Source: Candidatus Bathyarchaeota archaeon (lineage in GTDB: Archaea; Thermoproteota; Bathyarchaeia; Bathyarchaeales; Bathycorpusculaceae). Taken from it: 64,000 nt of DNA. Shown in pieces: positions 37,796 to 48,165 of the stretch (position 1 is the stretch's first letter; every line of letters begins with the position of its first letter). The DNA lies in the NCBI GenBank assembly GCA_963827165.1, contig CAWGZR010000005.1, positions 544,001-608,000 on the forward strand, given 5' to 3'. The notes beneath the pieces were generated by a model. The model was not told where the DNA came from. It saw nothing but the letters and a program-made list of their open reading frames with translations, and searched no databases. The position numbers were made by a program, and so were the translations under genes.

Positions 37796-40210
37796 ATGAG
37801 CCACGAAAACAAAAAAATCACCCTCAACATCGGCGGAATGAGCTGCATAAATTGCGCACTCTCAATAGAAAAAGCACTCTCTAAACTAAACGGCGTAACC
37901 CACGCCACCGTCAACTTCGCCGCAGAAAAAGCAATTATAGAATACAACCCAAACCTTGTCAACCAGAAAACCATAGAAAACACCATCGTCGAATCAGGAT
38001 ATCGCGTCATCCATGAGAAAATCGTTCTCCAGATAGGCGGCATGAGTTGCGTCAACTGCGCCCAAAGCATAGAAAAAGCATTAAACAACAAAGAAGGCAT
38101 CTACAAAGCAACCGTCAACTTCGCTACAGAAAAAGTCACCATTGAATATAACCCCGAGCAACTAAGCTTGACTGGAATCAAAAAAACCATACAAGACGTC
38201 GGCTACCAAATCATCGAACCCGAAAAAACCATTCGGGACGCTGAAGGCAAAGAGCGCCAACGCAACATTCAACGCCTAAAAATCCTTCTGGCAGCAAGCG
38301 TTGCATTGACCATCCCTATCATACTCTTGATGTTGTTCCCAGCTTTGCCCATGCAACAAAACAACATTCTACTATTCATATTGGCAACTCCCGTACAATT
38401 TATTGTCGGATGGACCTTTTACGTTGGCGCATACAAAGGCTTGAGAAACAAAACCGCCAACATGGATACCTTAATAGCCATGGGAACATCCACTGCTTGG
38501 CTCTATAGCACCGCAGTCACTTTTGCACCAAGCATATTCCCCGGTGCTGGAGTATTTTTTGATACAGCGACAATGATCATGAGCTTCATTTTGCTTGGAA
38601 AACTCTTAGATGCTGTTGCAAAAGGCAGAACATCGGAAGCCATAAGAAAAATCATGGGTCTGCAAGCAAAAACTGCCCGAGTAATCAGAGGTGGTGAGGA
38701 ACAGGAGATTCCAATTGAAGATGTCCTGGTAGGAGATATTGTGGTCGTCAGACCTGGAGAAAAAATTCCTGTTGACGGCATCGTTATCGAAGGATATTCA
38801 GCGATAGATGAGAAAGTTATCACAGGCGAAAGCATACCCGTTGAAAAGAAAAGCGGCGACCAAGTGGTGGGTGCCACCATGAATAAAACTGGGGTGCTAA
38901 AATTCAAAGCCACCAAAGTCGGCAAAGACACAGTTCTTGCCCAGATCATAAGCATGGTCGAAGATGCCTTGAGTTCCAAAGCACCCATTCAAAGACTAGC
39001 AGATATCGCGTCAGGCTATTTTGTTCCAACCATCATAATCACCGCCACGCTCTCAGCATTGGCTTGGTATTTCATATTTGGCGCGACCTTCATTTTTGCC
39101 CTTACCGTTTTCATTGCCGTGTTAATTGTCGCTTGCCCCTGTGCTCTTGGACTCGCGACCCCCACAGCCATTATGGTTGGGGTTGGGAAAGGAGCAGAAA
39201 ACGGAATTTTAATCAAAAACGGCGAAACACTGGAAGCAGCTTATAAGCTTCAAATAATAGTTTTTGATAAAACAGGAACGCTCACCAAAGGAGAACCCGA
39301 AGTCACAGATATCATCCCAACAGAAGCGTTCAAGGAAGACCAACTTTTGCTACTAGCAGCCATCGCAGAGAAAAACTCAGAGCACCCGCTCGGAGAAGCC
39401 ATAGTAAAAAAGGCAAAAGAGAAGGGGCTTCGGATTGATGAGCCTGACGTCTTCAATGCCCTCCCAGGATATGGCGTGGAAGTAGAGCATAAGGAGGTCA
39501 GGATCTTGTTGGGTAATCGCAAGCTCATGGAAGCAAACAACCTAGACATTGACGCGTTTGACGTTAAGATGAAGGGGCTTGAGGAAGAAGGGAAAACCGC
39601 AATGCTGCTTGCAGTAGATAATCAACTTGCAGGATTGATAACTGTTGCTGATACTTTAAAGGAACACTCTGCCGAGGCTGTAAGAACCCTTCAGCAAATG
39701 GGCTTGGAGGTTGTTATGATTACAGGCGATAATCAAAGGACAGCCAACGCCATCGCAAGGCAAGTGAGCGTTAATCGCGTATTCTCTGAAGTGCTTCCAA
39801 GCGAAAAAGCCACGGAGATAAAGCGTCTTCAGGCGGAAGGCAAAGTTGTCGCTATGGTAGGCGACGGAATAAACGATGCTCCAGCTTTGGCACAGGCAAA
39901 TATTGGTATCACCGTCGGAAGCGGAACAGATGTAGCAATTGAAACTGGAGACATCGTGTTAATTAAGAATGATTTAAGGGATGTAGTGGTAGCTATTCAA
40001 TTGAGCCGCGCCACAATGAAGAAAATCCGGCAGAACTTATTCTGGGCGTTCTTTTACAACATCATCCTCGTTCCCTTGGCAGCAGGCGCATTCTATCCTA
40101 TTTTGCATGTCCTGTTTAATCCAGTCTATGCGGCAGCAGCAATGGCAAGCAGCTCAGTAACTGTAGTTACAAACGCCTCTCTCCTCAGGCGATTTAAACC
40201 AAAAATCTAG
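37796..40210 (+). CDS. copA: Cu(I)-translocating P1B-type ATPase with two N-terminal metal-binding domains
   Basis: GMSCINC and [41 protein letters not shown] and MASSS. Confidence 0.93.
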   Translation: MSHENKKITLNIGGMSCINCALSIEKALSKLNGVTHATVNFAAEKAIIEYNPNLVNQKTIENTIVESGYRVIHEKIVLQIGGMSCVNCAQSIEKALNNKEGIYKATVNFATEKVTIEYNPEQLSLTGIKKTIQDVGYQIIEPEKTIRDAEGKERQRNIQRLKILLAASVALTIPIILLMLFPALPMQQNNILLFILATPVQFIVGWTFYVGAYKGLRNKTANMDTLIAMGTSTAWLYSTAVTFAPSIFPGAGVFFDTATMIMSFILLGKLLDAVAKGRTSEAIRKIMGLQAKTARVIRGGEEQEIPIEDVLVGDIVVVRPGEKIPVDGIVIEGYSAIDEKVITGESIPVEKKSGDQVVGATMNKTGVLKFKATKVGKDTVLAQIISMVEDALSSKAPIQRLADIASGYFVPTIIITATLSALAWYFIFGATFIFALTVFIAVLIVACPCALGLATPTAIMVGVGKGAENGILIKNGETLEAAYKLQIIVFDKTGTLTKGEPEVTDIIPTEAFKEDQLLLLAAIAEKNSEHPLGEAIVKKAKEKGLRIDEPDVFNALPGYGVEVEHKEVRILLGNRKLMEANNLDIDAFDVKMKGLEEEGKTAMLLAVDNQLAGLITVADTLKEHSAEAVRTLQQMGLEVVMITGDNQRTANAIARQVSVNRVFSEVLPSEKATEIKRLQAEGKVVAMVGDGINDAPALAQANIGITVGSGTDVAIETGDIVLIKNDLRDVVVAIQLSRATMKKIRQNLFWAFFYNIILVPLAAGAFYPILHVLFNPVYAAAAMASSSVTVVTNASLLRRFKPKI

Positions 40211-40247
40211 ATCACAGTACATCACGGATTGGAGGTGAAAAAAAATT

Positions 40248-40436
40248 ATGGCTAAAGATTTGGTATGCAACATGGAAGTTGACGAGAAAACTGCAAAGTA
40301 CAAAACAATCTACCAAGGCAAATACTACTATTTCTGTGCTCCAGGATGCAAAAAATCCTTCGAAGCAAACCCTCAAAAATACATCAGCGGCAACTCGTCA
40401 AGTCAAAGTTGCAGTTGCGGTCACGACCAATGCTAA
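40248..40436 (+). CDS. YHS/TRASH domain protein (probable copper chaperone)
   Basis: KDLVCNMEV...YYFCAPGCKKSF; GGAGGTGA SD; CSCGHDQC tail. Confidence 0.88.
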   Translation: MAKDLVCNMEVDEKTAKYKTIYQGKYYYFCAPGCKKSFEANPQKYISGNSSSQSCSCGHDQC

Positions 40437-40673
40437 ACCGTTAAGGTTTAGCCTTAAATGTTCTTTTTTCTTTGGACTTTTTGATCAAAATAATCATGAT
40501 GTTTTGGTTCTCACTTAAATGCAACTGCACGCTTTTTAGCTACCGTTACCTCGATTATTCTCATAGTGCTGTTTTTTAGCAAAGAAAAACTAATTGCAGC
40601 CGCTATGAAAAAGTTAAACATGAAATAATTGACTATAATTAATTATTAAAAGACAAAGAAAGGAAGATGGAAA

Positions 40674-40958
40674 ATGTCTGAGGAAACATACGAAGGCATA
40701 AACAGAGGCAAAATACCTTGGGACCCAAAGATCGATTATAAAAAGTGTATGACCTGCGGGAAATGTGTTGATTTTTGCCATATGAGTTCCTTTAGAATAG
40801 AAGAAAAAGATGGTGAAAAACGACCTCTGGTAAACCCAAACAGATGCGTTGTATTCTGCAGAGGTTGTGAGGATATTTGTCCCGCCGGCGCTATCACTCA
40901 TCCCTCGGAAGAGGAAACACAGAAGATAATAGACAAAATAAAAAAAGACAAAACCTAA
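40674..40958 (+). CDS. Ferredoxin family protein
   Basis: CMTCGKCVDFC and CVVFCRGCEDICP. Confidence 0.85.
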   Translation: MSEETYEGINRGKIPWDPKIDYKKCMTCGKCVDFCHMSSFRIEEKDGEKRPLVNPNRCVVFCRGCEDICPAGAITHPSEEETQKIIDKIKKDKT

Positions 40959-41004
40959 TTTCAACTTACTATTTTCTTTAACCCCTGGAAGTAGACTGTA
41001 GAAA

Positions 41005-41334
41005 ATGAGTGAAGGTCATATCAGGGTTAGACGCTGGGAAGAATTCAAACGCTTAGTTAGGGAAAAGAAGCCGAAATCGATAGTCTACATCCTTGAACAA
41101 AATGCTCTCTCTCCAAACAAAGAACTCACAACGTTAAGGATAATATTGATGCATGACAAGCGTTACTACATCTTTCTAGATTTCCCAAAAGGTCAGTGTC
41201 TTAGAGAAACGGGGATTCCTTTGCGAAAAAGCAAAAATGGTCTTTATAACCTCGACGAAGATGAAGTCAAGACGATTCTACAGAAAGAGTTTGAAAAAGA
41301 GAACTTGGAGATTTTTTCCTTCTGGACAACTTAG
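41005..41334 (+). CDS. Hypothetical protein
   Basis: 109-aa ATG ORF downstream of the ferredoxin, globular composition. Confidence 0.6.
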   Translation: MSEGHIRVRRWEEFKRLVREKKPKSIVYILEQNALSPNKELTTLRIILMHDKRYYIFLDFPKGQCLRETGIPLRKSKNGLYNLDEDEVKTILQKEFEKENLEIFSFWTT

Positions 41335-41387
41335 TTTTTTTCAATTTTTAAATTGAATAGATTTTTGACATGTTCAATGTTTAGCTC

Positions 41388-42740
41388 TTAACGGCTGATA
41401 GAATATTTTTTGTGTCGAACCGTTATTAATGAAGCCACGATGACTAAAACAACTATTACAAAAACTAATAGGTAAACGATTTCTGCTGTAATGGAGAGCA
41501 AGGGCTGGGTTTCTGGTGAAGGTGTCGAAGTCGTTAGCGGATAGCCAAAAGCGTAAACACGATGATCCCACGAACCCACATAAACGATTCCGTTCCAAAC
41601 AGCAGGAGAAGAACTCACGTGATTCCCGGTGGCATACGTCCATATATCTGCTCCACTTGATGCATTCAGACAATAAACATTCCCATCCCAGCCTCCGACA
41701 TAAACAAACCCTCCAGCAACCGCAGGTGAAGAATCCACCCCGTCACCTGTGGCAAAACTCCAGATTTTCGCCCCCGTCAGCGCATTGAGGCAGTAAATGT
41801 TTTTGTCAGGGTTGCCAGATCCAGATTCGCCAGTTCCCACAAAAACGTAGCCGTTGGCGACTGCGGGGGTTGAGGTAACCCAACTTTGTGCGGCAAAATT
41901 CCATATTTTGTTTCCATTTGTTGCATTAAGGCAATAGACATTGTTGTCATCTGACCCGACATATACGCGACCATCAATTACCGCGGGGGAAGACTCCACA
42001 ATATTTCCGGTAGTGAAATTCCAAATTTTAGCACCAGATGAAGCATCCATGCAGTAGACTTCCCCGTCTGCGGAACCCGCAAAGATATAACCATTCACGA
42101 ATGCTGGGGATGACTCTACAAGTCCACCCGTCTTGAAACTCCAGATTTTGGTGCCGTCTACAGCGTTGATGCAATAGACGTTTCCATCCCATGACCCAAC
42201 ATATAGATATCCATTCACGATCGAAGGACATGATTCCACGGTGTTTCCTGTTGTGAAGTTCCAGAGTTCAGCGCCTGTCGCAGCGTTCAAGCAGTAAATG
42301 TTGTGGTCGTAGCAGCCAAAATAGACTTTGCCGTTTGCCACAGCCATTGAAGAACTGATTGCGATACTTTCTACGCCATGAACAATTTGTGAGTTAATGG
42401 GGACAGTGAAATTCCATATTTCAGACCCATCCAACGCGTTAATGCAATAGGCAACTCCCGCGTCAGAGCCTATGTAAAGGCGGTCGTCAACGATTGCAGG
42501 AGAAGCCCCGACTACACTGTTAGTCGTATAATTCCACAGCAATGTGGCTGGAATTGGCGCTGATGAGCTGGTTGAATAGCCTGTGTGGCTTATGTCGTGA
42601 TGAAACATTGGCCAATTGTCTGGTAAATTGGCGTATACTATCGACAATGACGATGGAAGGAGAAGAAAAATCATTGATACTACTAAAAAAGACGTTACCA
42701 AGATAACGATGGGACGATCAGTTCCTTTCATAGCAAGCAA
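41388..42740 (-). CDS. PQQ-binding-like (BamB-type) beta-propeller surface protein with signal segment and C-terminal TM
   Basis: WPMFHHDISHTG then ~8 repeats of SSPAV.NG.VYVGS.D..VYCLNA..G..IW. Confidence 0.88.
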   Translation of the reverse strand: MLAMKGTDRPIVILVTSFLVVSMIFLLLPSSLSIVYANLPDNWPMFHHDISHTGYSTSSSAPIPATLLWNYTTNSVVGASPAIVDDRLYIGSDAGVAYCINALDGSEIWNFTVPINSQIVHGVESIAISSSMAVANGKVYFGCYDHNIYCLNAATGAELWNFTTGNTVESCPSIVNGYLYVGSWDGNVYCINAVDGTKIWSFKTGGLVESSPAFVNGYIFAGSADGEVYCMDASSGAKIWNFTTGNIVESSPAVIDGRVYVGSDDNNVYCLNATNGNKIWNFAAQSWVTSTPAVANGYVFVGTGESGSGNPDKNIYCLNALTGAKIWSFATGDGVDSSPAVAGGFVYVGGWDGNVYCLNASSGADIWTYATGNHVSSSPAVWNGIVYVGSWDHRVYAFGYPLTTSTPSPETQPLLSITAEIVYLLVFVIVVLVIVASLITVRHKKYSISR

Positions 42741-42951
42741 CCTGCACGTTAATGCATTATCCTTATGCTTTTGTTTGATATATCATCATTTCTACCCTAA
42801 CCCGCAAAAGGAATATTTCGAGATCGTTTTTGAAGAATCCTGGACTTAGTTAGGTTTCCAATCCAAATTCTCAGCCTTAAGCAAACTATTTCCTATTTGC
42901 AGAAGAAACGTAAATTAATGCTTGCTTACCACTATTTCCATGTGAATTATT

Positions 42952-43731
42952 ATGAAGGTTGCTGTTTCCGGCAAAGGCGGTGTTGGAAAAACGCTCATTG
43001 CAGGTGGCTTAGCCCGTGGTTTTGTTGAACGCGGATTAAAAACTATGGCGATTGACGCAGATTCCTCACCGAACCTTGGGTTAACATTGGGTTTGTCAAC
43101 TGAGGAAACCCGCAAAATAGTGCCTATTACAGAGAATAAGCCGCTGGTGGAGTCTAAAACAAGCACTGGTTACAACAGTGTTTACAATTTGAATTTCACG
43201 GTTGATGACATTGTCAGAGACTATTCAATAGCCACTCCTTTAGGCGTAAACTTGATTGTTATGGGGACTGTACAGGCTATGGAAGCGGGTTGCATGTGCG
43301 CTCCAAACGCTGTTATCCGTGCCCTGCTAAGACATCTCGTCGTAGACCGAAACGAAGCTGTTGTTATGGATTTAGAAGCGGGAGTTGAGCATATGGGCCG
43401 AGGAACCGCTCGTCAAGTTGACGCATTGCTAATTGTTGCTGATTCAAATTTGAAGTCGCTGGAAATAGCTAAACACATTAATGACCTGGCATCAGCGGCG
43501 GGCATGAAACAGCTCTACCTTGTCGCCAATCGTGTTATGAATGATGGACAAAAAAAAGCCGTACAAACCTTCGCCGATCAAAATGGCTTAACCATGCTTG
43601 CTTTTGTGCCCTGGGACCAAAAAGTGATTGACGCCGACATGATGGGTATAACCCCACTAAGGAACAAGGAAATTCAGGCTGTAAAAGCAATAGATGACAT
43701 ATGCGATTTATTGTTGAAAAAAAACCGGTGA
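42952..43731 (+). CDS. cooC: CO dehydrogenase nickel-insertion ATPase CooC
   Basis: GKGGVGKT, IDAD, GCMC Ni-binding motif, DLEAGVEHMGRG. Confidence 0.9.
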   Translation: MKVAVSGKGGVGKTLIAGGLARGFVERGLKTMAIDADSSPNLGLTLGLSTEETRKIVPITENKPLVESKTSTGYNSVYNLNFTVDDIVRDYSIATPLGVNLIVMGTVQAMEAGCMCAPNAVIRALLRHLVVDRNEAVVMDLEAGVEHMGRGTARQVDALLIVADSNLKSLEIAKHINDLASAAGMKQLYLVANRVMNDGQKKAVQTFADQNGLTMLAFVPWDQKVIDADMMGITPLRNKEIQAVKAIDDICDLLLKKNR

Positions 43732-43748
43732 ACCCAGCGGTGCCGGCG

Positions 43749-44251
43749 ATGAGCGAATTTCTAATCAAGCCAATTGGAATTTTGCACTCGCCATTCAAGG
43801 AACCTCAAAACGTACCATACAGACAGCCGCAGCTGAGGGTATCTGCGGAACCATCGAAATCTTTCCCCAGTATGTCGAGGGCTTACAAGATCTTGACGGT
43901 TTCTCACATGTTATCCTCCTCTACAACTTTCACCTCATAAAAGGTAGCTCTTTAATGGTTAAACCATTCCTTGACGACAAACTTCACGGTGTTTTCGCCA
44001 CCCGTTCTCCTGCTAGACCAAACAGAATCGGCATATCAATTGTTCACCTGACCGCAATAGAGAACTGCACATTATACATTCAAGATGTGGATATGATTGA
44101 TGGGACGCCGCTGCTTGACATCAAGCTTTACGTCCCCAAGTTTGACTGCGGGAAAACGGCAAAGATAGGCTGGTTTAGCGGCAAAATCAGCAAACTACTA
44201 ACAACCAAAGATGATGGCAGATTTTGCGCTCAATCAAAGTCGCGCCCATGA
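43749..44251 (+). pseudogene. tsaA: tRNA m6t6A37 methyltransferase TsaA/TrmO, frameshifted near 43817
   Basis: MSEFLIKPIGILHSPFKEPQNVP, continuing in another frame as IQTAAAEGICGTIEIFPQYVEGLQDLDGFSH...GVFATRSPARPNRIG...DGTPLLDIK. Confidence 0.85.
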
Positions 44252-44339
44252 ATCTGAAACAAAAAAACATTACCCTCACCGTAGACAATATATGCGAGCT
44301 TTTGCTAAAGAAATGACGTTAACTTTGAGGTTTTATTCT

Positions 44340-45104
44340 ATGAAAACTCTTGTGACAATCGGACGTGGCGGAACAGGAAAATCCAGTTTCACAGCCCTTA
44401 TGGCCAAATCCTTCATTGAATCAAGCCAAGCGCCCCTTTTGCTGGTTGACGCTGACCCAGATCAGAACCTGGCTGAGATGCTGGGAATTGACCTTAAAGA
44501 GGCGGGGAAATCAACCATCGCCGAATTACTCGTGAGCACTTTTATTGAACAGGGCGGTACCACAGTCGGTGTTCCGCCTTCGGAACGTATAGAAAGCCGT
44601 ATCTGGGAAAATGGTCTTTATGAGAGCAAAAACTTCGATTTCCTCGCTGTTGGCACCAAGTGGGTTGAAGGCTGTTACTGCATGCCAAACGCCGCATTGA
44701 AAGGCGCTTTGGAATCGATAACAAAAAGTTACAAGTACATGCTGGTTGATTCTCCAGCCGGGCTCGAGAACTTGAACAGGCGAATCACCTCAGACGTCAA
44801 CGACATATTTGACATATTGGATCACTCTAAGAAATCCCAAGACCACGTAAGAAGAGCCTTCAAGATTGCTAAGGAAGTCGAGATGAAGTTTGACAACTTC
44901 TATTTGATCGGCGGCTACCGTTTTCCAGCGGAGTTGGGGAAGCAAGCTGAGGCTGACTTAGGATTCAAATTCTTAGGAAAAATCACTGAAGACGAAGATT
45001 TGGACGAGTTTGTGCTTGACGGGAAATCACTGCTTGACTTGTCAAACGACAATGAAGCTTACCTTTCAGTGAAGGCTATTCTAAAGACGCTTGGTTACCT
45101 GTAG
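44340..45104 (+). CDS. cooC: Second CooC/AcsF-like nickel-insertion ATPase
   Basis: GRGGTGKS, VDADPDQNL, EGCYC, DSPAGLENLNR. Confidence 0.85.
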   Translation: MKTLVTIGRGGTGKSSFTALMAKSFIESSQAPLLLVDADPDQNLAEMLGIDLKEAGKSTIAELLVSTFIEQGGTTVGVPPSERIESRIWENGLYESKNFDFLAVGTKWVEGCYCMPNAALKGALESITKSYKYMLVDSPAGLENLNRRITSDVNDIFDILDHSKKSQDHVRRAFKIAKEVEMKFDNFYLIGGYRFPAELGKQAEADLGFKFLGKITEDEDLDEFVLDGKSLLDLSNDNEAYLSVKAILKTLGYL

Positions 45105-45197
45105 CCAACTGTTTACATTCTAAACTTGTTTCTTTACACAATTTTTCGGAAAGTTTGCATTTCTTCAGTTGTTCCATGACTTTTGACTTTGAATCTG

Positions 45198-45212
45198 GAA
45201 AGGTTTAAAAAC
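45198..45212 (+). promoter_or_regulatory. Putative BRE/TATA promoter of the cdh operon
   Basis: gaaaggTTTAAAAa about 50 nt upstream of cdhA; GAGGAG SD follows. Confidence 0.5.
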
Positions 45213-45258
45213 AAATTGCGCCAGTCTTTACCTAAACCTTTACAGAGGAGTCATTAAT

Positions 45259-47610
45259 TTGACTACTAAAAACGTTAACGTAAAAATAGATGAAATGAAG
45301 ACCAACTCTGGTCTAATAAAAAACCTCGAGGTCTCCATCGGCAAAGTTATCAACGACAACTACACTGAAGAGCCAATGGGACCGACCCCTATGCCATCTA
45401 TCACGGCCCTTCGAGATTGGGACATGAAGCTTCTCACCAAGTACAAACCCTTCTATATGCCCGACTGTGATGCCTGCTGTCTCTGCACTTTCGGAAAATG
45501 CGACTTAACCGCTGGAAAACGTGGCGCCTGCGGCATAGATATCGCAACTCAATCTTCTCGTATTGTGATGTTGGCTTGCGCCATTGGAGCAGCCTGTCAC
45601 ACAGCTCACTCACGACATCTTCTTCATCACTTAATCGAGAAATATGGGCGCAGATACCCATTAAACGTGGGTGGCTTAAACGTAAAAGTTGAAGCTCCAG
45701 TCACCCGCTTGGTTACGGGTATAAAGCCTGAAACACTCGGTGACCTTGATGACGTTTTAACTTATACTGAAGAGCAAATTACCCAAATTCTTGCAGTTGG
45801 ACACACAGGTCAAGAAGGTAACAACTTAGACTTTGAATCCAAAGCCATGCATGTCGGCATGATTGACCACGTAGGCATGGAAGTAGGCGACATCGCGCAA
45901 ATTTCCACTTTAGGCTATCCCAAAGCAGACCCAGAAGCTCCACTCGTAAAGCTAGGCATAGGCAGTGTAGATAGAACTAAACCAGTCATCATGTGCATCG
46001 GACATAATGTCGTTCCATCAGTTGGAATTATTGATTATGCAAAAGAAACCAAAGTTGACGACAAAATCGAAATTGTCGGTTTATGCTGTACAGCACACGA
46101 CATGACAAGGTATTACGACCGCGCGAGGGTCGTAGGACCAATCAGCTGGGAGTTAAGATTCGTCCGAGCAGGATTAGCAGACGTGCTAGTACTTGACGAA
46201 CAATGCATCCGAACAGACATCTATGACGAAGCAGCAAAAGTTAACGCCCCAGTAATTGCAGCGTCAGAAAAGAACTGCATGGGCTTTAAGAACCGCACAA
46301 ACGACCCAGCAGACGAAATCGTCGCTGACCTGGTAAGCGGCAAAGTCAAAGGTGTCCTGATTCTTGACCCAGAAAAAGTCGGCGAAGTCGCTGTCCGCGT
46401 CGCACAAAAAGTCGCTCCAATACGCAAACGAAAAACCAGTCTTCCAAGCATGGAGGAAATTACGCAAATCGCCAAAGCTTGCACCCAATGCAAGAGTTGC
46501 CAACGCAACTGCCCACAAGACTACGCAATCCCAGCCGCCATGAAAGCAGCAGCAAAAGGCGACCTAAACCTACTGGAAGAACTCTATGAAACCTGCATTG
46601 GATGCGGAAGATGCGAAGAAGCATGCCCACAGAAAATCATGATTCATAGCCTCATCGTAAAAGCAGGCGAAAAAGCAATGTATGCAGAAAACAACTTGTG
46701 CCGATCAGGCAGAGGCCAAGTTTCAGACGTAGAAATCCGTAATGTCGGCAGCCCAATTGTTCTCGGAGAAATCCCGGGAATCGTTGCAATCGTAGGCTGC
46801 AGCAATTATCCGAAAGGCGGCAAAGACGTATACGACATCGCAAGAGAATTCGCAAGCAGAAGATACATCGTTGCATTATCAGGCTGCTCAGCCATGTCCG
46901 CAGGCAGCTACCGCAACAGCGACGGCCAAACCATTTACGAAGAATTCCCCGGCGGCTTCGAAGCCGGCGGAGTCCTCAACACGGGTTCATGCGTATCAAA
47001 CGCACACATTGCAGGCGCAGCAATCAAAGTAGCCAACATTTTCGCAAAACGACCCTTAAGAGGCAACTATGAAGAAATCGCAGATTACATACATAACCGC
47101 CTCGGCGCAGTCGGCTTAGCTTGGGGTGCATACTCACAGAAAGCTGCGGCAATCGCAGCAGGATTCTGGCGTTTAGGGGTACCTGTCCTCGTTGGACCAC
47201 ACGGAGTAAAGTACCGTCGTATGCTCCTCGGCAGAGAAGACCACCCAGAAGACTTCGAAGTTTTCGATGCACGCACAGGAGACAAAGTGAAAGTCGGCCC
47301 AGCACCAGAACACCTCTTCAACATAGCAGAAACCAAAGAGGAATGCATGGTTGCAATCGCAAAACTATGCATCAGACCAAACGACACATGGAAAGGACGC
47401 AGCATCAAACTGAGCCACTATGTTGACCTCAGCAAACGTTACATGGGAGTAATGCCAACTGACCTGCATCTATTCGTGAGAACAATGGCTGATGTCCCAA
47501 TGACCCTCAAAGACGAATTCGCCACAATACTGGAAGCACACGACTGGAAAGAAACAATAATTCCAGACCCAACATTGCTTCCAAGAATGATCAGAAAAAT
47601 GAAGGAGTGA
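45259..47610 (+). CDS. cdhA: CO dehydrogenase/acetyl-CoA synthase complex alpha subunit
   Basis: GPTPMP, CCLCTFGKC, GACG, CIGHN, GLCCT, extra 2x[4Fe-4S] domain, VGCSNYP, GSCVSN, WGAYSQKA. Confidence 0.97.
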   Translation: MTTKNVNVKIDEMKTNSGLIKNLEVSIGKVINDNYTEEPMGPTPMPSITALRDWDMKLLTKYKPFYMPDCDACCLCTFGKCDLTAGKRGACGIDIATQSSRIVMLACAIGAACHTAHSRHLLHHLIEKYGRRYPLNVGGLNVKVEAPVTRLVTGIKPETLGDLDDVLTYTEEQITQILAVGHTGQEGNNLDFESKAMHVGMIDHVGMEVGDIAQISTLGYPKADPEAPLVKLGIGSVDRTKPVIMCIGHNVVPSVGIIDYAKETKVDDKIEIVGLCCTAHDMTRYYDRARVVGPISWELRFVRAGLADVLVLDEQCIRTDIYDEAAKVNAPVIAASEKNCMGFKNRTNDPADEIVADLVSGKVKGVLILDPEKVGEVAVRVAQKVAPIRKRKTSLPSMEEITQIAKACTQCKSCQRNCPQDYAIPAAMKAAAKGDLNLLEELYETCIGCGRCEEACPQKIMIHSLIVKAGEKAMYAENNLCRSGRGQVSDVEIRNVGSPIVLGEIPGIVAIVGCSNYPKGGKDVYDIAREFASRRYIVALSGCSAMSAGSYRNSDGQTIYEEFPGGFEAGGVLNTGSCVSNAHIAGAAIKVANIFAKRPLRGNYEEIADYIHNRLGAVGLAWGAYSQKAAAIAAGFWRLGVPVLVGPHGVKYRRMLLGREDHPEDFEVFDARTGDKVKVGPAPEHLFNIAETKEECMVAIAKLCIRPNDTWKGRSIKLSHYVDLSKRYMGVMPTDLHLFVRTMADVPMTLKDEFATILEAHDWKETIIPDPTLLPRMIRKMKE

Positions 47611-47617
47611 GTGTAAA

Positions 47618-48160
47618 ATGTCATGTGAACCCTGGCAATGTGCAGAAATAGCAACAAGTAAAAAAGCAAACCCAATTCAAAAACCCGAGATAGCAGTAGC
47701 AATGATGAAAAAAGCTCAACACCCCATTCTTATTGTGGGAAGCAACGCCACAGAAAGATGTCTCGACGGCAAACTATTAATCGAATACCTAATTGACCTT
47801 GCAAAAGCATCAAAAGTACCTGTAGTAGCCACAGCCCACATGGTTGGCGAATTCCTGAAACGCGGATACGAACCCGCAGCATTCATGAATGCAATGGAAA
47901 TCGGCAACCTAGTTGTCGACCCAACCTGGCAGGGCTTAGACGGCAAAGGACACCCAGACCTCGTTATGACGGTGGGGTTGCCTTACTATGTCGAATCTTT
48001 GATGCTCTGCGGACTAAAACATTTTGCACCCGATCTGAAAACCATGACGCTGGACAATCTGTTCCATGTTCATGCAAGCTGGTCTTTTCCAAACGCAACC
48101 CTCGAGGAATGGGCTGCAAATCTCAAAGTCATGACTTCAAAATTTGAAGGAGGACAATAA
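47618..48160 (+). CDS. cdhB: ACDS complex epsilon subunit
   Basis: PWQ...MMKKAQHPILIVG, WQGLDGKGHPDL, LKHFAP, ASWSFPN. Confidence 0.95.
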   Translation: MSCEPWQCAEIATSKKANPIQKPEIAVAMMKKAQHPILIVGSNATERCLDGKLLIEYLIDLAKASKVPVVATAHMVGEFLKRGYEPAAFMNAMEIGNLVVDPTWQGLDGKGHPDLVMTVGLPYYVESLMLCGLKHFAPDLKTMTLDNLFHVHASWSFPNATLEEWAANLKVMTSKFEGGQ

Positions 48161-48165
48161 AAAAA

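Noticed and set aside
37815-38215. Direct repeat at the start of copA
   Set aside because: Explained by the two tandem heavy-metal-binding domains
41500-42500. ~120-bp periodic DNA repeats
   Set aside because: Explained by beta-propeller blades of the PQQ-like protein
28475-42740. Accessory region as an integrated mobile element
   Set aside because: No integrase, transposase, terminal repeats or duplicated tRNA 3' end found by eye
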